From NCBI GenBank assembly GCA_013626165.1, contig NDHX01000002.1, forward strand, positions 639-64,638: a stretch of DNA of 64,000 nucleotides, read 5' to 3'. This DNA comes from Candidatus Velesiimonas alkalicola. Lineage in GTDB: Bacteria > Omnitrophota > Gorgyraeia > Velesiimonadales > Velesiimonadaceae. Positions 9,726 through 20,857 of this stretch are shown piece by piece (position 1 is the first letter of the stretch; every line of letters starts with the position of its first letter). The notes under the pieces are model-generated. The model saw nothing but the letters and a program-made list of their open reading frames with translations, searched no databases and had not been told where the DNA came from. The position numbers and the translations under genes were made by a program.

Positions 9726-10555
9726 TGTATTCCATATATCACTTTTTTAAATCGCTTATAGAAAGCAAAAGACACTTTTTGACAGAATATAAACTTGAAG
9801 ACTTCCCGTTTAATGAAAACTTGCTTTCATGCAGAAATAAGGGGACTTTTCCAGATATGGCTATAAGACTAAATACGAATAGGGAAGTCTTTACTGGCGG
9901 TGAATTAATTGAATCGAAAGATAGCAATAGTTATACAGTGTCCTCTTTCAATTCAACCATTCCTTCGGGAAAAAAGGAGATAACAAAAATAATAACTAGC
10001 GAAACCAGCAATATCAAACAACAGATGGAAAATAATGGCGAAGATATTTACTCTTTACCGATCAGGGATGTTTTTTATCTCGTCAGAGGCAAAAAGAATA
10101 GGAATGTAAAAGTCTGCCTTGTTTATGGAAGTTTTTTTGAGACTATTTGCATTGAAGATTTAATCAGTCAATCGTTTTTACAGGTTTTGGAAGAAAGACT
10201 TAGGGATAGAGGAGAAAGTTTTGATGAAGATGTAAAGAAAAAACTCCTGACAATTCTGTCTGAACAACAGAGTTTCAGTAAGGTAAGGGACGTTAAAAAA
10301 GCCTCTGTTAAATTAAGGTTCCGTGTAATGACAGAGGTAAAAGCAGAAGGCAATATTTTAAATCCAAAGAAATATCCTGAGATAAAAGATAACACGCTAA
10401 ATTTTGTTTTACCTTGTCACAACGAAAATGAAGAAAAAGAAATAATTAAAAAAGCAGAATCAATTTTTAACAAAACGGAATTAAAACAATTCATAATCTT
10501 TAAAATCAAGCATCATTTCAACGGCTATTTTCTGGTATTACAAACATCATTATAA
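9722..10555 (+). CDS. Putative Type II restriction endonuclease (PD-(D/E)xK)
   Basis: Overlaps the MTase stop (ATGA). FPD...ELIESKD followed by FNSTIP. Confidence 0.65.
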   Translation: MMYSIYHFFKSLIESKRHFLTEYKLEDFPFNENLLSCRNKGTFPDMAIRLNTNREVFTGGELIESKDSNSYTVSSFNSTIPSGKKEITKIITSETSNIKQQMENNGEDIYSLPIRDVFYLVRGKKNRNVKVCLVYGSFFETICIEDLISQSFLQVLEERLRDRGESFDEDVKKKLLTILSEQQSFSKVRDVKKASVKLRFRVMTEVKAEGNILNPKKYPEIKDNTLNFVLPCHNENEEKEIIKKAESIFNKTELKQFIIFKIKHHFNGYFLVLQTSL

Positions 10556-10609
10556 CTATCAATCAGACCAGTTACATTGGAACTTATCTCAGATTGAGAA
10601 TGTCGGCAC

Positions 10610-11254
10610 AATGGGCGAAAAAGCGGAGACAAACAAAAATCAAAAAGAAAATCACAGGGAATTTATTATACGCCAAAATATATTGTTGAGTTTATCGTCA
10701 AGGAAACCCTGGGTGAGGTGTTAAGGAAAGCCAGGCCAAAAGAGATACAAAAAATAAAAGTGCTTGACCCTGCTTGCGGTTCAGGTTCTTTCCTTACTGC
10801 CGCATACGATAGGATTTTGGAAACTCTAACAAAACAAAATCCACAGACCTCACTTTTTGCCAAGTTTGATATTCTGAAAGACAATATCTACGGCGTTGGC
10901 TTGGACACACAAGCAGTTGAAATCGCCCAACTTAATCTCTTGCTCAAAGTCCTTTCTCAAAAAACAAAATTGCCAACACTGGAAAAACTTAAAGAGGATA
11001 AAAGAACTGAAAGTTTTTGCGTAATTGAGAATACCGATATTAATAAAACAAGAAATGATATTGTTCATAAAAACGCATATAGACCATCTTTGTGCGATGT
11101 GCAAAAATATGACAAATTGATTAGCAGTCTAAATTGGTTAGGTATATCATATTTGAAGGTGCAAGACTCGCTTTATTATATTAACCAAAGAACTTGCCGC
11201 CTGCACTCGGCTGAGCCGAGCAATCAGCCAAAGGCGGGCACGGGAACGACATAA
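10610..11254 (+). pseudogene. Fragment of a Type IIG/Eco57I-like N6 methyltransferase fused to an unrelated HEPN-like tail
   Basis: KRKSQGIYYTPKYIVEFIV, VLDPACGSGSFL, NIYGV.LD.QAVEIAQLNL, but no NPPY motif. After about 10980 the sequence changes and contains RNDIVH. Confidence 0.7.
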
Positions 11255-11408
11255 AAACCTGTTCCTGTCTCTTTTCACATTTCAGGGTAGTATTATAAAT
11301 CCAAATATTGAACCACCTATCTATTTAACAGGGCAATTATGGTTAGAAGAAATACAAAGTCTTTACAAAAACAACAGACCTGCCTACAGGCAGGATTTTG
11401 ATTCAATT

Positions 11409-12293
11409 ATGGGAAATATACTTGAAACCTTAAATCAAAAAAGAGTTTTGCTTTTAGACGGTGCAATGGGAACGCGACTTCAGGAACAGGGATTGCAATC
11501 GGGAGAAGCGCCTGAATTATGGAATATAAAACACCCTGAAATAATTTCCCTGATACACAAAGAATATGTGGGCGCAGGTTCAGATGTTATTCTTACCAAT
11601 ACATTCGGAGGTAATCTAATAAAATTAAAAAAGGCTGGAATTGAAGTATTGTTTAAAGATATAAACTCTGCTGCTGTAAGAATTGCCCGTTCTGCCGAAG
11701 CCGATTATGTTTTTGGTGATATTGGACCTACAGGTGAACTACTTGAGCCATATGGAGAATTGAAAACAGAAGATGCCATAGATGTATTTAAAAAGCAGGG
11801 AGAGGTTCTTACCCTTGCAGGTGTGGACGGATTTATAATTGAAACTATGATAGATGTTGAAGAGGCTGTATGTGCGGTTAAAGGATTAAAACAGTTTGGA
11901 CTTCCGATATTTTCATCTATTACATTTCAGAAAACAAAAAAAGGTGAATTTAGAACTCTTATGGGACAAACCCCTCAAGGCGCAGCAGTAAGATTAAAAG
12001 ATGAGGGCTCTTGTGCGGTTGGAACAAACTGCGGACTCGTAATTGAAGAAATGATAGGTCTTGTAAAACAGATTTCTACATCTGTATCTGTTCCAATTAT
12101 TGCAGAACCAAATGCAGGGATTCCTAAAATAAAAAACGGAAAAACGGTGTTTGAGCAAACCCCTGCGGATTTTGCATCACATCTTAAAATGCTCATAGAT
12201 GCGGGAGCAAGCATCATAGGCGGATGTTGCGGAACAACCCCATCATTTATAAAAGCATTAAAGAAAGAATTAGAAATTTCGGTCAAAAAATGA
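11409..12293 (+). CDS. Homocysteine S-methyltransferase domain protein (stand-alone MetH N-terminal module)
   Basis: LLDGAMGT, TNTFG, GTNC, PNAG, GGCCGTTP. Confidence 0.92.
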   Translation: MGNILETLNQKRVLLLDGAMGTRLQEQGLQSGEAPELWNIKHPEIISLIHKEYVGAGSDVILTNTFGGNLIKLKKAGIEVLFKDINSAAVRIARSAEADYVFGDIGPTGELLEPYGELKTEDAIDVFKKQGEVLTLAGVDGFIIETMIDVEEAVCAVKGLKQFGLPIFSSITFQKTKKGEFRTLMGQTPQGAAVRLKDEGSCAVGTNCGLVIEEMIGLVKQISTSVSVPIIAEPNAGIPKIKNGKTVFEQTPADFASHLKMLIDAGASIIGGCCGTTPSFIKALKKELEISVKK

Positions 12294-13447
12294 ATCCAAA
12301 AATAATAATATTTTATACGCCCTGTGGAGCAGGTCATAGAAGGGCTGCTGAGTCAATTGCAGAAGGTTTTAAAAGATCAGGACACCCTGATGAGCGGGTC
12401 ATAATAAAAAACTCACTTGAATTTGTAAATAAACTTGCAGGAAAATTATATGTAAAAGGTTATGATTTTCTTCTAAAACATGCTCTGTTGTTGTGGGCTT
12501 TTTTTTATTCTGTAACAGATGTAAAATTTTCGGCCCCTTTTTTTAAGGTTTTAAGAAGGGTATATAACGAACTAACCTGCAAGGGGTTGGTTAAATTTAT
12601 AAAAGAGCAATCCCCTGATGTTATAATCTGCACACACTTTCTTCCCGAAGAGATTGTCTGTTCAATGAAAAAAAAGGGGTTGTATGAGAGAAGACTCGTC
12701 ACCTGTGTTACAGATTTAAGGGTTCATTCATTCTGGATACTTGATGGAGTGGATGATTATGTTGTCGGAGGCGAAGAGGGTAAAAAGGACCTTTTAAGGT
12801 GGGGTGTAGAAGAGAAAAAGATAAAAGTTTTTGGTATACCTGTTCATCCTGAATTTTCTAATGATTTAGATAGGCAAAAATTATGCGAAAAATTAGGAAT
12901 CAAAGACTCTGTGTTTACAATACTTGTTACTGCTGGTGGATTGGGTATAGGACCTGTAAAAAAGATTGTCCAATCTTTAACTATAATTTCTGAGGAACTA
13001 CAGATCCTTGTTGTTTGTGGAAAAAGTCCAAAACTTTTTAAGGATTTGACTGCATTTGCTAGATCAAGTTTAGAAATATCAGAACCCTCCCCATATGCGA
13101 TGAATAAAAAAAAGATTTGTATATTTGAGTTTGTAAATAATATGCATGAGATTATGTCTGTAAGCGATATAATAATTTCAAAAGCAGGTGGCTCAACCGT
13201 TGCAGAGGCACTTGCAAAACAATTGCCGATTATTATAATAAGGCCTATTCCTGGGCAGGAGATAAAAAATACTGAAGTTCTTGTATCAAACAATGCAGGA
13301 ATAAGGGCTTATAATGTCCAGCAGGCGATAGAGAGTGTCCGGTTTTTAATGAAAGACAAAGACCACATACTTGAATTAAAGAAAGGAATACAGAAGATAA
13401 GGAAGCCCCATTCTGCAATAGATATTTGTAGGCTTGTGTTAAAATAG
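12290..13447 (+). CDS. Diacylglycerol glucosyl/galactosyltransferase (UgtP/MGDG synthase, GT28)
   Basis: GAGH..AA, CTHFLP, GIPV, KAGGST, PIPGQE..N. Confidence 0.88.
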   Translation: MNPKIIIFYTPCGAGHRRAAESIAEGFKRSGHPDERVIIKNSLEFVNKLAGKLYVKGYDFLLKHALLLWAFFYSVTDVKFSAPFFKVLRRVYNELTCKGLVKFIKEQSPDVIICTHFLPEEIVCSMKKKGLYERRLVTCVTDLRVHSFWILDGVDDYVVGGEEGKKDLLRWGVEEKKIKVFGIPVHPEFSNDLDRQKLCEKLGIKDSVFTILVTAGGLGIGPVKKIVQSLTIISEELQILVVCGKSPKLFKDLTAFARSSLEISEPSPYAMNKKKICIFEFVNNMHEIMSVSDIIISKAGGSTVAEALAKQLPIIIIRPIPGQEIKNTEVLVSNNAGIRAYNVQQAIESVRFLMKDKDHILELKKGIQKIRKPHSAIDICRLVLK

Positions 13448-13534
13448 GGCTTACTGAAAGCCCTGATTACACAGATTTTTGAAAGATTACACCGATAGGG
13501 TCTGATGAGTTTTTCAGCAGACCCTAAAATAAAT

Positions 13535-14233
13535 ATGGATAAATCAGCAAAAAAAGATTTAATAAATTCTGTAAAAACATATCTTGATTCACACATAATG
13601 GCAGGCGTTGGGATGCTTGCAGTTAGAAGGGAAAATATATCAATCCCCTCATATATTTTCACCGCCTCCGATGATTGCCTGGAAGATAGATGGGAAGAAC
13701 TTTATAAAGAATGTGTGGGTTGCCGTTTATGCGAACTTTCAAAAACAAGAACAAATGTTGTTTTTGGAGAAGGAAATAAAAGTGCAAAGATTGTGTTTAT
13801 CGGTGAAGCCCCGGGCAGGGACGAAGACTTACAGGCAAAGCCATTTGTGGGAAGGGCAGGGCAACTTCTTACAAGAATGATAGAGGCTATGAACTTAAAA
13901 AGGACAGATGTGTATATATGTAATGTTCTTAAATGTAGACCACCTGACAACAGACCCCCGCAGCAGATAGAGATTTCGGTATGCAGAAAATATCTTGAAA
14001 AGCAGATAGAGTTGATCTCTCCAAAGGTTATATGTACATTAGGGAGGTATGCAGCACAGACAATACTTGGAACAATAGATGGTATAACCACTTTCAGGGG
14101 AAAACAGGGGGTGTATAAAAATATACCTGTTATTCCAACGTATCATCCTGCCTATCTTCTTCGTAATCTTTCTGCAAAACAAGATACATGGGAAGACCTG
14201 CAAAAAGTTACAAAAATACTTGAGCAAAATTAG
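13535..14233 (+). CDS. Uracil-DNA glycosylase family 4
   Basis: CVGCRLC, GEAPG, PFVGRAG, KCRPP, YHPAYLLR. Confidence 0.93.
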   Translation: MDKSAKKDLINSVKTYLDSHIMAGVGMLAVRRENISIPSYIFTASDDCLEDRWEELYKECVGCRLCELSKTRTNVVFGEGNKSAKIVFIGEAPGRDEDLQAKPFVGRAGQLLTRMIEAMNLKRTDVYICNVLKCRPPDNRPPQQIEISVCRKYLEKQIELISPKVICTLGRYAAQTILGTIDGITTFRGKQGVYKNIPVIPTYHPAYLLRNLSAKQDTWEDLQKVTKILEQN

Positions 14234-14285
14234 ATAAAAACATATAATATGTGTAAAAACAATGATATACAGAGAGGAGGTTCAT

Positions 14286-16145
14286 ATGGCAAAAGTGATA
14301 GGTATAGACCTTGGTACATCCAATTCTGCAGCAGCGGCAATGGAAGCGGGGCGTCCTACAATTATTCCGAGTGCGGAAGGAACAAGTTTAGGAGGTAAGG
14401 CATTCCCCTCATATGTTGCCTTTACGAAAGATGGGCACAGGCTTGTGGGTGAACCAGCCCGTCGTCAGGCAATAATAAACCCGGAAGGAACCGTAATGAC
14501 TGCAAAAAGAAAGATGGGAACTGACCATAAATATAAGATACACGGTAAGGAATACACTCCACAGCAGATTTCGGCATTTATACTTCAAAAAGTAAAACAG
14601 GATGCAGAAGCCTATATCGGGGAGCCCATCACAGAGGCTGTTATTACCTGCCCTGCATACTTTGATGATAACCAGAGAACTGCAACAAAAGATGCAGGAG
14701 AGATAGCGGGTTTTAAGGTTCTTCGTGTTATCAATGAGCCGACTGCTGCTTGTCTTGCTTACGGGTTTGAAAAAGAAAAAAAAGAACAGAAAGTACTTGT
14801 ATTTGATTTTGGTGGAGGAACGCTTGATGTAACGATTATGGAGATGGCAGAAGGTGTATTTGAGGTAAAATCCACAAGCGGAGACACACAGTTGGGAGGC
14901 ACCGATATGGATAACCGCTTGATTGATTATATTGCGGGGGAGTTTAAAAAAGAGTCAGGCATAGATGTCAGAAACGATAAGATGGCTATACAGAGATTAA
15001 GAGAAGCATCTGAAAAGGCAAAGATAGAACTTTCAAGCACAATGACAACGGATATAAATCTTCCGTTTATAACTGCTGATGCCACAGGTCCAAAACATCT
15101 TACGATGTCAATCACAAGAAGAAAGATTGAAGATCTTGTAACCCCGATTATAGAAAAATGCAGGCATCCTATTGAACAGGCACTTGGTGATGCAAAACTT
15201 GCCTCTGAGGATATAGACAGAATTATTCTTGTAGGAGGACCTACACGGATGCCTGCTGTTCAAAAATTTGTAGAAGACATAGTTGGTAAAAAAATAGAAC
15301 GTGGGGTTGATCCGATGGAGTGTGTGGCTATTGGTGCCGCAATTCAGGGAGCAGTACTAAAAGGAGAAATAAAAGATGTACTTCTTCTTGATGTAACTCC
15401 TCTTTCATTAGGCATAGAAACATTAGGCGGTGTTTCTACAAAACTTATTGAAAGAAACACAACCATACCCACAAAAAAAAGTCAGATATTTTCAACAGCA
15501 GCAGATAACCAGACTGCTGTTACAATAAGGGTTCTTCAGGGAGAAAGGTCAATGGCAGACGATAATGTTGAACTTGGAAGGTTTGACCTTATAGGGATTC
15601 CTCCCGCTCCAAGAGGGGTTCCCCAGATAGAGGTCACATTTGACATAGATGCAAATGGTATTGTGCATGTTAATGCAAAAGATATGGGAACGGGTAAGGA
15701 ACAGTCAATCAGGATAACCGCCCCAAAGAAGTTAAGTAAAGAGGAAATAGAAAAAATGGTAAAAGATGCTGAGCGCTTTGTAAAAGAAGATGAAAAAAGA
15801 AAAGAAGAGGTTGATGTCAGAAATCAGGCAGACGGGCTTCTTCATACAACTGAGAAGTCATTAAAAGAATACGGGGACAAGGTATCTGCACCTGAAAAGG
15901 AAAAAGTAGAACAGAAGATCAATCAACTTAAAAGCACACTGAAAGGCAGAGATATAGAGAAAATAAAAAAGGATATGGATGAACTTGTTCAAGCCTCTCA
16001 CAGCATTGCAGAACAATTGTATAAGCAGAAGGCGCCTGGCGGGCAACAAGAAGAGAAAGAAGAACCTTCACAAAAAGCAGGTGAAACAAAGAAAGACGAG
16101 AATGTTGTAGATGCTGAGTTTAAGGTAGAAGACGAGAAGAAATAG
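14286..16145 (+). CDS. dnaK: Chaperone DnaK
   Basis: [36 protein letters not shown] follows ggagg SD. Confidence 0.98.
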   Translation: MAKVIGIDLGTSNSAAAAMEAGRPTIIPSAEGTSLGGKAFPSYVAFTKDGHRLVGEPARRQAIINPEGTVMTAKRKMGTDHKYKIHGKEYTPQQISAFILQKVKQDAEAYIGEPITEAVITCPAYFDDNQRTATKDAGEIAGFKVLRVINEPTAACLAYGFEKEKKEQKVLVFDFGGGTLDVTIMEMAEGVFEVKSTSGDTQLGGTDMDNRLIDYIAGEFKKESGIDVRNDKMAIQRLREASEKAKIELSSTMTTDINLPFITADATGPKHLTMSITRRKIEDLVTPIIEKCRHPIEQALGDAKLASEDIDRIILVGGPTRMPAVQKFVEDIVGKKIERGVDPMECVAIGAAIQGAVLKGEIKDVLLLDVTPLSLGIETLGGVSTKLIERNTTIPTKKSQIFSTAADNQTAVTIRVLQGERSMADDNVELGRFDLIGIPPAPRGVPQIEVTFDIDANGIVHVNAKDMGTGKEQSIRITAPKKLSKEEIEKMVKDAERFVKEDEKRKEEVDVRNQADGLLHTTEKSLKEYGDKVSAPEKEKVEQKINQLKSTLKGRDIEKIKKDMDELVQASHSIAEQLYKQKAPGGQQEEKEEPSQKAGETKKDENVVDAEFKVEDEKK

Positions 16146-16233
16146 GGTAACAGGTGACTGGTGCTCTGGTGCTCTGGAGACTGGTTTTCCTCGTTGATAG
16201 TCTTTTAGTTGCCTCAAGAATGGAGGATTACAG

Positions 16234-16539
16234 ATGCATAATCTAATTGCAATGGTAGGTCAGCAGGGACAGGGGGGTGGAAACATACTCTTATCACTTC
16301 TTCCACTTATTATTCTTTTTGCTGTTATGTATTTTCTTATTATTGGACCTCAACGCAGACAGCAGAAAGAACATGAAAAAGTAATTTCATCTCTTTCTAA
16401 AAATGATGTGATTATTACAACAGGTGGGCTACACGGGACAGTTATAAATGTGAAAGACAAGACAGTTGTTATAAGGGTTGAGGAAGGGAAGATTGAGGTT
16501 GACAAAACCTGTGTTGGAAGGATAACTAAGAAGGGATGA
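16234..16539 (+). CDS. yajC: Preprotein translocase subunit YajC
   Basis: YFLIIGPQ..QQK, TTGGLHG; precedes secD. Confidence 0.93.
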   Translation: MHNLIAMVGQQGQGGGNILLSLLPLIILFAVMYFLIIGPQRRQQKEHEKVISSLSKNDVIITTGGLHGTVINVKDKTVVIRVEEGKIEVDKTCVGRITKKG

Positions 16540-16544
16540 ATGGT

Positions 16545-16660
16545 GTAGTAGATAGTAGGTAGTAGGTAGGAAAAATATCCCTCCTTTTATAAAGGAGGGT
16601 TGGGTGGATTATATTTTCCCCGATCTCCTAACTCCTACCTACTAATTCCTGCCTACTATG
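16545..16660. repeat. Palindromic intergenic element, family A, copy 1
   Basis: agtaggt heptamers, ccctcc/ggaggg hairpin core, tail actaattcctgcctactat. 70 bp match the reverse complement of 19904-19973 with one mismatch. Confidence 0.92.
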
Positions 16661-16674
16661 TTTGTGGGGGTAAA

Positions 16675-18033
16675 ATGGATGTTAAATCAAAGGTTTTGAT
16701 TACAGTTGCAATACTCGGGTTTTGTGCCTGGCTTTTGCATCCCACTGTAAGATGGTACGGAATGTCTGAGGATGAAAGAGAAGAACTTGACGAAGAGGAA
16801 GTTATTAATCTTCAAAAGGGAATAATAAACCTTGGTCTTGATCTTCAGGGTGGGATGGATGTTCTTTTAGAGGTTGATGTAAAAAAACGTCCCGAAGGTA
16901 TGCCAAAGAGGCAGGCAGTTGAACAGTCAAAAGACATAATTGTAAAAAGGGTTGACCAGCTAGGGCTTTCCGAAACACTTGTTGTAAGAGAGGGTGAACA
17001 GTGGATAAGGGTTCAACTGCCAGGGGTAAAGGATACAAAAAGAGCCCTTGAGCTTATAGGTAAAACCGCAATGCTTGAATTTAAGATTGTTGAAGATACT
17101 CCTGAACTTGTTTCAAGAGCATTGTCCGGAGATATTCCGTCAGGTTTAGAGGTTCTACCAGGTACGGAAGAAGAAAAAATAGTTGTCCAATCAACCGCTC
17201 TTTTGACAGGGGGCGATTTAAAACCTACTGCGAGGGTTGATTTTGGCGGTCAGTTTGGAGAGCCGCATGTAAGTATAGAGTTCACAAGAGTTGGAGCAAG
17301 AAAATTTGCAAGGGTTACCGAGCGGAACATAGGCAGACAACTTGCCATTATACTTGATGGGGTTGTCCAGTCTGCACCTGTTATACAGACAGCCATACCG
17401 GATGGTAGGGCAATCATAACACATCGTGGAGGGAATATTCAAGATGCAAGCGATACAGCAATAATTTTAAGAGCAGGCGCACTGCCTGTTCCAGTAGATG
17501 TAATACAAACAACAATTGTAGGTCCTACACTGGGAATAGATTCTATAAAAAAAGGAATCCTCGCCTGTATTGTGGGTGGACTTGCAGTTATTATTTTTAT
17601 GGGGATGTACTACAAATTATCAGGTCTTATTGCTGATATAGGGCTTGTGGTCAATATTATTATACTTCTTGCTTCTCTTGCTATGTTAGGTGCAACGCTA
17701 ACACTTCCCGGTATAGCGGGTATCATACTTACAATTGGCATATCTGTTGATGCAAATGTTCTTATATTTGAAAGGATAAGAGAAGAGCTGACAAGGGGTT
17801 TAAGTATAAAGCAGGCTATAAAAACAGGATATAACAAGGCATTTCTTACCATATGTGATTCAAATATTACAACACTCGTAGGAGCAGCTATTATTTATAT
17901 GTTTGGAGGTGGGCAGATTCAGGGGTTTGCAATAACACTGGGACTTGGTGTTCTTATAAACCTGTATACAGCAGTTGTTGTTACAAAAACAATGTTTGAG
18001 ATGAGGAAAGAATATAAAGTACTGAGTATTTAG
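16675..18033 (+). CDS. secD: Protein translocase subunit SecD
   Basis: LGLDLQGG, VQLPG, LAIILDG, LRAGALP, VGPTLG, DANVLIFERI, DSNITT. Confidence 0.96.
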   Translation: MDVKSKVLITVAILGFCAWLLHPTVRWYGMSEDEREELDEEEVINLQKGIINLGLDLQGGMDVLLEVDVKKRPEGMPKRQAVEQSKDIIVKRVDQLGLSETLVVREGEQWIRVQLPGVKDTKRALELIGKTAMLEFKIVEDTPELVSRALSGDIPSGLEVLPGTEEEKIVVQSTALLTGGDLKPTARVDFGGQFGEPHVSIEFTRVGARKFARVTERNIGRQLAIILDGVVQSAPVIQTAIPDGRAIITHRGGNIQDASDTAIILRAGALPVPVDVIQTTIVGPTLGIDSIKKGILACIVGGLAVIIFMGMYYKLSGLIADIGLVVNIIILLASLAMLGATLTLPGIAGIILTIGISVDANVLIFERIREELTRGLSIKQAIKTGYNKAFLTICDSNITTLVGAAIIYMFGGGQIQGFAITLGLGVLINLYTAVVVTKTMFEMRKEYKVLSI

Positions 18034-18195
18034 TTAAGGCGAGATTGGTGGCAGGGGAAAAATTGGTTCTTACTCGGCAAGTAAATACTCAGTCAACTGT
18101 GTTGCCTGAAATATAAACGGTATTTAGTAAATATTTATTTCAAACTTGCCTGTGCGAGGCAGACACAGGCACGCAAGGCAAATTAAAGGGTAATT

Positions 18196-19878
18196 GTGAC
18201 TGATAAAAAAATAATGACTGGTGCTGAAATTTTTGTTCAGATGCTTAAAAAAGAAAATACAGAAGCAATATTTGGCATACCAGGGGGGGTGTTGCTTCCG
18301 GTTATGGATGCACTGTATAATTCCGATTTAAGGTTTATTCTTACAAGGCATGAACAGGGTGCAACACATATGGCAGATGGCTATGCAAGAGCAACAGGCA
18401 AAACAGGCGTTGTTCTTGTTACATCGGGACCCGGGGCTACCAATACAGTGACAGGTATCGCAACCGCATATATGGATTCTGTTCCAGTGGTTGTTTTTAC
18501 AGGGCAGGTAACATCAAACCTTATAGGAAACGATGCATTTCAGGAGGCAGATATAACAGGTATCACAAGACCAATAACCAAGCATAATTATCTTGTTAAA
18601 GATGTAACAGAACTTGCCAGGGTCATAAAAGAAGCGTTTTATATTGCATCTACCGGAAGGCAGGGACCTGTTCTTGTTGATTTTCCCAAAGATGTTGCAA
18701 CAGCTAAAACAGAATTTCAGTATCCTGAAAATGTAAGTATAAGAGGATACAAACCCAACTATGAAGGGCATCCGGGGCAGATAAAAAAAGCTGCAAAGAT
18801 TATATCTGACAGTTGCAGACCGATTATATATGCAGGAGGGGGTGTGATATCTTCAGATGCATCGGAAGATCTGGTAGAGTTTGCAAATAAAATCAAGGCT
18901 CCTGTTACAACAACACTTCTTGGGCTGGGGTGCTTTCCCCAGGACCATCCTCTTTCACTTGGAATGATTGGTATGCACGGAGTAGGATGGGCAAACCATG
19001 CTATAATGTCAGCAGATCTTATCATAGGAGTTGGTGCGAGATTTGATGACAGAGTTACGGGGAAGGTTGAAACATTTGCTCCCGGGGCAAAGATTATACA
19101 CATTGATATTGACCCTTCATCCGTAGGTAAAAGCATAAGGGTTGATATCCCTATCGTAGGAGATGCAAAGGGTATATTAAAAGAACTTATTCTGCAGACT
19201 GATAAAACAAAGGACACATCCCGGTGGTTAGAAGAAATTAAAAAGTGGAAAATACAGCATCCTCTTCGTTATAAAGAGGGACTGAAGATTAAACCTGAAT
19301 ATGTTATAGAACAGATATGCAAAATTGCAGGACAGAATGCAATAATATGCACAGAAGTCGGACAGAACCAGATGTGGGTGGCCCAGTTTTATAAATTTAA
19401 AAAACCAAGAACATTGATATCAAGCGGAGGTCTTGGGACAATGGGATATGGATTTCCAGCAGCCATAGGTGCAAAAGTGGGATGCCCAGACAAGACAGTT
19501 TTTGATATTGCCGGGGATGGAAGTTTTCAGATGAATATTCAGGAACTTGCAACCTGTCTTTCATACAACATACCCGTAAAGGTTGCCATACTGAATAACG
19601 GTTGTTTAGGTATGGTACGACAGTGGCAGGAGTTATTTTATAATAAGCACTATTACGCATCTATATTCAACAAAAATCCTGATTTTGCTAAGGTTGCAGA
19701 GGCATATGGTGCTGTTGGAATGAGAATAACAAAAAAAGAAGATGTACCTTCTGCAATTGAAAAGGCATTGAAAATAGATAATACAGTTGTTATGGATTTT
19801 GTAATAGATGAGACTGAAAATGTCTTTCCTATGGTTCCATCTGGAACAGCAATAACAGAGATGATAGAATTAGCATAA
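18196..19878 (+). CDS. ilvB: Acetolactate synthase large subunit
   Basis: RHEQGA, TSGPGATN, RFDDR, SGGLGTMG, GDGSFQM, GMVRQWQ. Confidence 0.96.
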   Translation: MTDKKIMTGAEIFVQMLKKENTEAIFGIPGGVLLPVMDALYNSDLRFILTRHEQGATHMADGYARATGKTGVVLVTSGPGATNTVTGIATAYMDSVPVVVFTGQVTSNLIGNDAFQEADITGITRPITKHNYLVKDVTELARVIKEAFYIASTGRQGPVLVDFPKDVATAKTEFQYPENVSIRGYKPNYEGHPGQIKKAAKIISDSCRPIIYAGGGVISSDASEDLVEFANKIKAPVTTTLLGLGCFPQDHPLSLGMIGMHGVGWANHAIMSADLIIGVGARFDDRVTGKVETFAPGAKIIHIDIDPSSVGKSIRVDIPIVGDAKGILKELILQTDKTKDTSRWLEEIKKWKIQHPLRYKEGLKIKPEYVIEQICKIAGQNAIICTEVGQNQMWVAQFYKFKKPRTLISSGGLGTMGYGFPAAIGAKVGCPDKTVFDIAGDGSFQMNIQELATCLSYNIPVKVAILNNGCLGMVRQWQELFYNKHYYASIFNKNPDFAKVAEAYGAVGMRITKKEDVPSAIEKALKIDNTVVMDFVIDETENVFPMVPSGTAITEMIELA

Positions 19879-19882
19879 AAAA

Positions 19883-19996
19883 TAGTAGGTAGTAGGTAGT
19901 AGGTAGGAGATAGGGGAAAATATAATCCACCCAACCCTCCTTTATAAAAGGAGGGATATTTTTCCTACCTACTATCTACTAATTCCTGCCTACTAT
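19883..19996. repeat. Palindromic intergenic element, family A, copy 2 (core inverted)
   Basis: Same flanks as copy 1, with the core in reverse-complement orientation. Confidence 0.92.
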
Positions 19997-20008
19997 TTTG
20001 GGAGGTAT

Positions 20009-20485
20009 ATGCATTGTATATTATCAGTGCTTGTAGAAAACAGAGCTGGGGTGCTTGCAAGGATTTCCGGGCTTTTCAGTGCAAGGGGATTTAATATACA
20101 AAGCCTTGCAGTTGGAGAGACAGAGGACCCTACAGTTTCAAAGATGACAATAGTTGTTGCAGGTGATGATAAAATTATAGAGCAGGTCAAAAAGCAGTTA
20201 AGAAAGACTATAGATGTTATAAAACTTAAAGACCTTACAAAAGAAGACATCATAGACAGAGAACTTGTTCTTTGTAAGGTGCCTTTGTCCAAGAAAGCAG
20301 ACCATAAATTCCAGAATACAGTAAAAAAATACAAAGCAGAAACTCTATCTTCTACAAAAGAATATCAGATACTCGGGCTATGCGCAGACTCAAAAGATAT
20401 TTCTGAGTTTTTAAAATTAATAAAAGAAGACGGCGGTTTTGATATTACAAGAACCGGCAAAATCGCCATCGCAAAACTAATATGA
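20009..20485 (+). CDS. ilvN: Acetolactate synthase small subunit
   Basis: LVENRAGVLARISGLFSARGFNI ACT domain; RTG near the C-terminus. Confidence 0.93.
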   Translation: MHCILSVLVENRAGVLARISGLFSARGFNIQSLAVGETEDPTVSKMTIVVAGDDKIIEQVKKQLRKTIDVIKLKDLTKEDIIDRELVLCKVPLSKKADHKFQNTVKKYKAETLSSTKEYQILGLCADSKDISEFLKLIKEDGGFDITRTGKIAIAKLI

Positions 20486-20856
20486 ACCTAAAATTCTGTC
20501 CATTAATACTTATTTTTTTATTAGGTTGTGCTGCTTCAAAACAGACACTAATTAAAAAAGGAAGTAATGCTCATTATTTGGCATCCTCTATTGAAAGGGT
20601 ATCCGAAAGTTTTCAGTCTTACTTAAATGAGGATGTATATAGTAAAGAAGAGTATCCAGAAACATTTATCCTTACACCGGAGACAATAAAAGAACTTTCA
20701 CGATGGCAGTACATACCCCTTGATGCGGAAGCTGGGTTTGAGATCGCAACAGGCCAGTACGAGACAATTGAAAAAACCTTACATAGATTTGGTCTTGAAG
20801 GGAAATATGACCCATTGTCAGGGGCAGGGCAATTACACTGGGAGAAACAATTTTAA
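20482..20856 (+). CDS. Hypothetical lipoprotein
   Basis: Signal peptide with LLGC lipobox; overlaps the ilvN stop; ends in aromatic WEKQF. Confidence 0.65.
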   Translation: MNLKFCPLILIFLLGCAASKQTLIKKGSNAHYLASSIERVSESFQSYLNEDVYSKEEYPETFILTPETIKELSRWQYIPLDAEAGFEIATGQYETIEKTLHRFGLEGKYDPLSGAGQLHWEKQF

Positions 20857-20857
20857 T

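Noticed and set aside
8100-11400. Prophage or integrative element around the RM island
   Set aside because: No integrase, att repeats or phage genes seen.
13497-13525. Hammerhead ribozyme suggested by CTGATGAG (also at 28135)
   Set aside because: No stem II followed by GAAA and no stem III/NUH site; better explained as a repeat hairpin.
16600-16674. N-terminal extension of SecD and similar short ORFs at 19653-19934 and 39742-40092
   Set aside because: These are translations through repeat DNA or antisense frames; real starts have SD sequences downstream.
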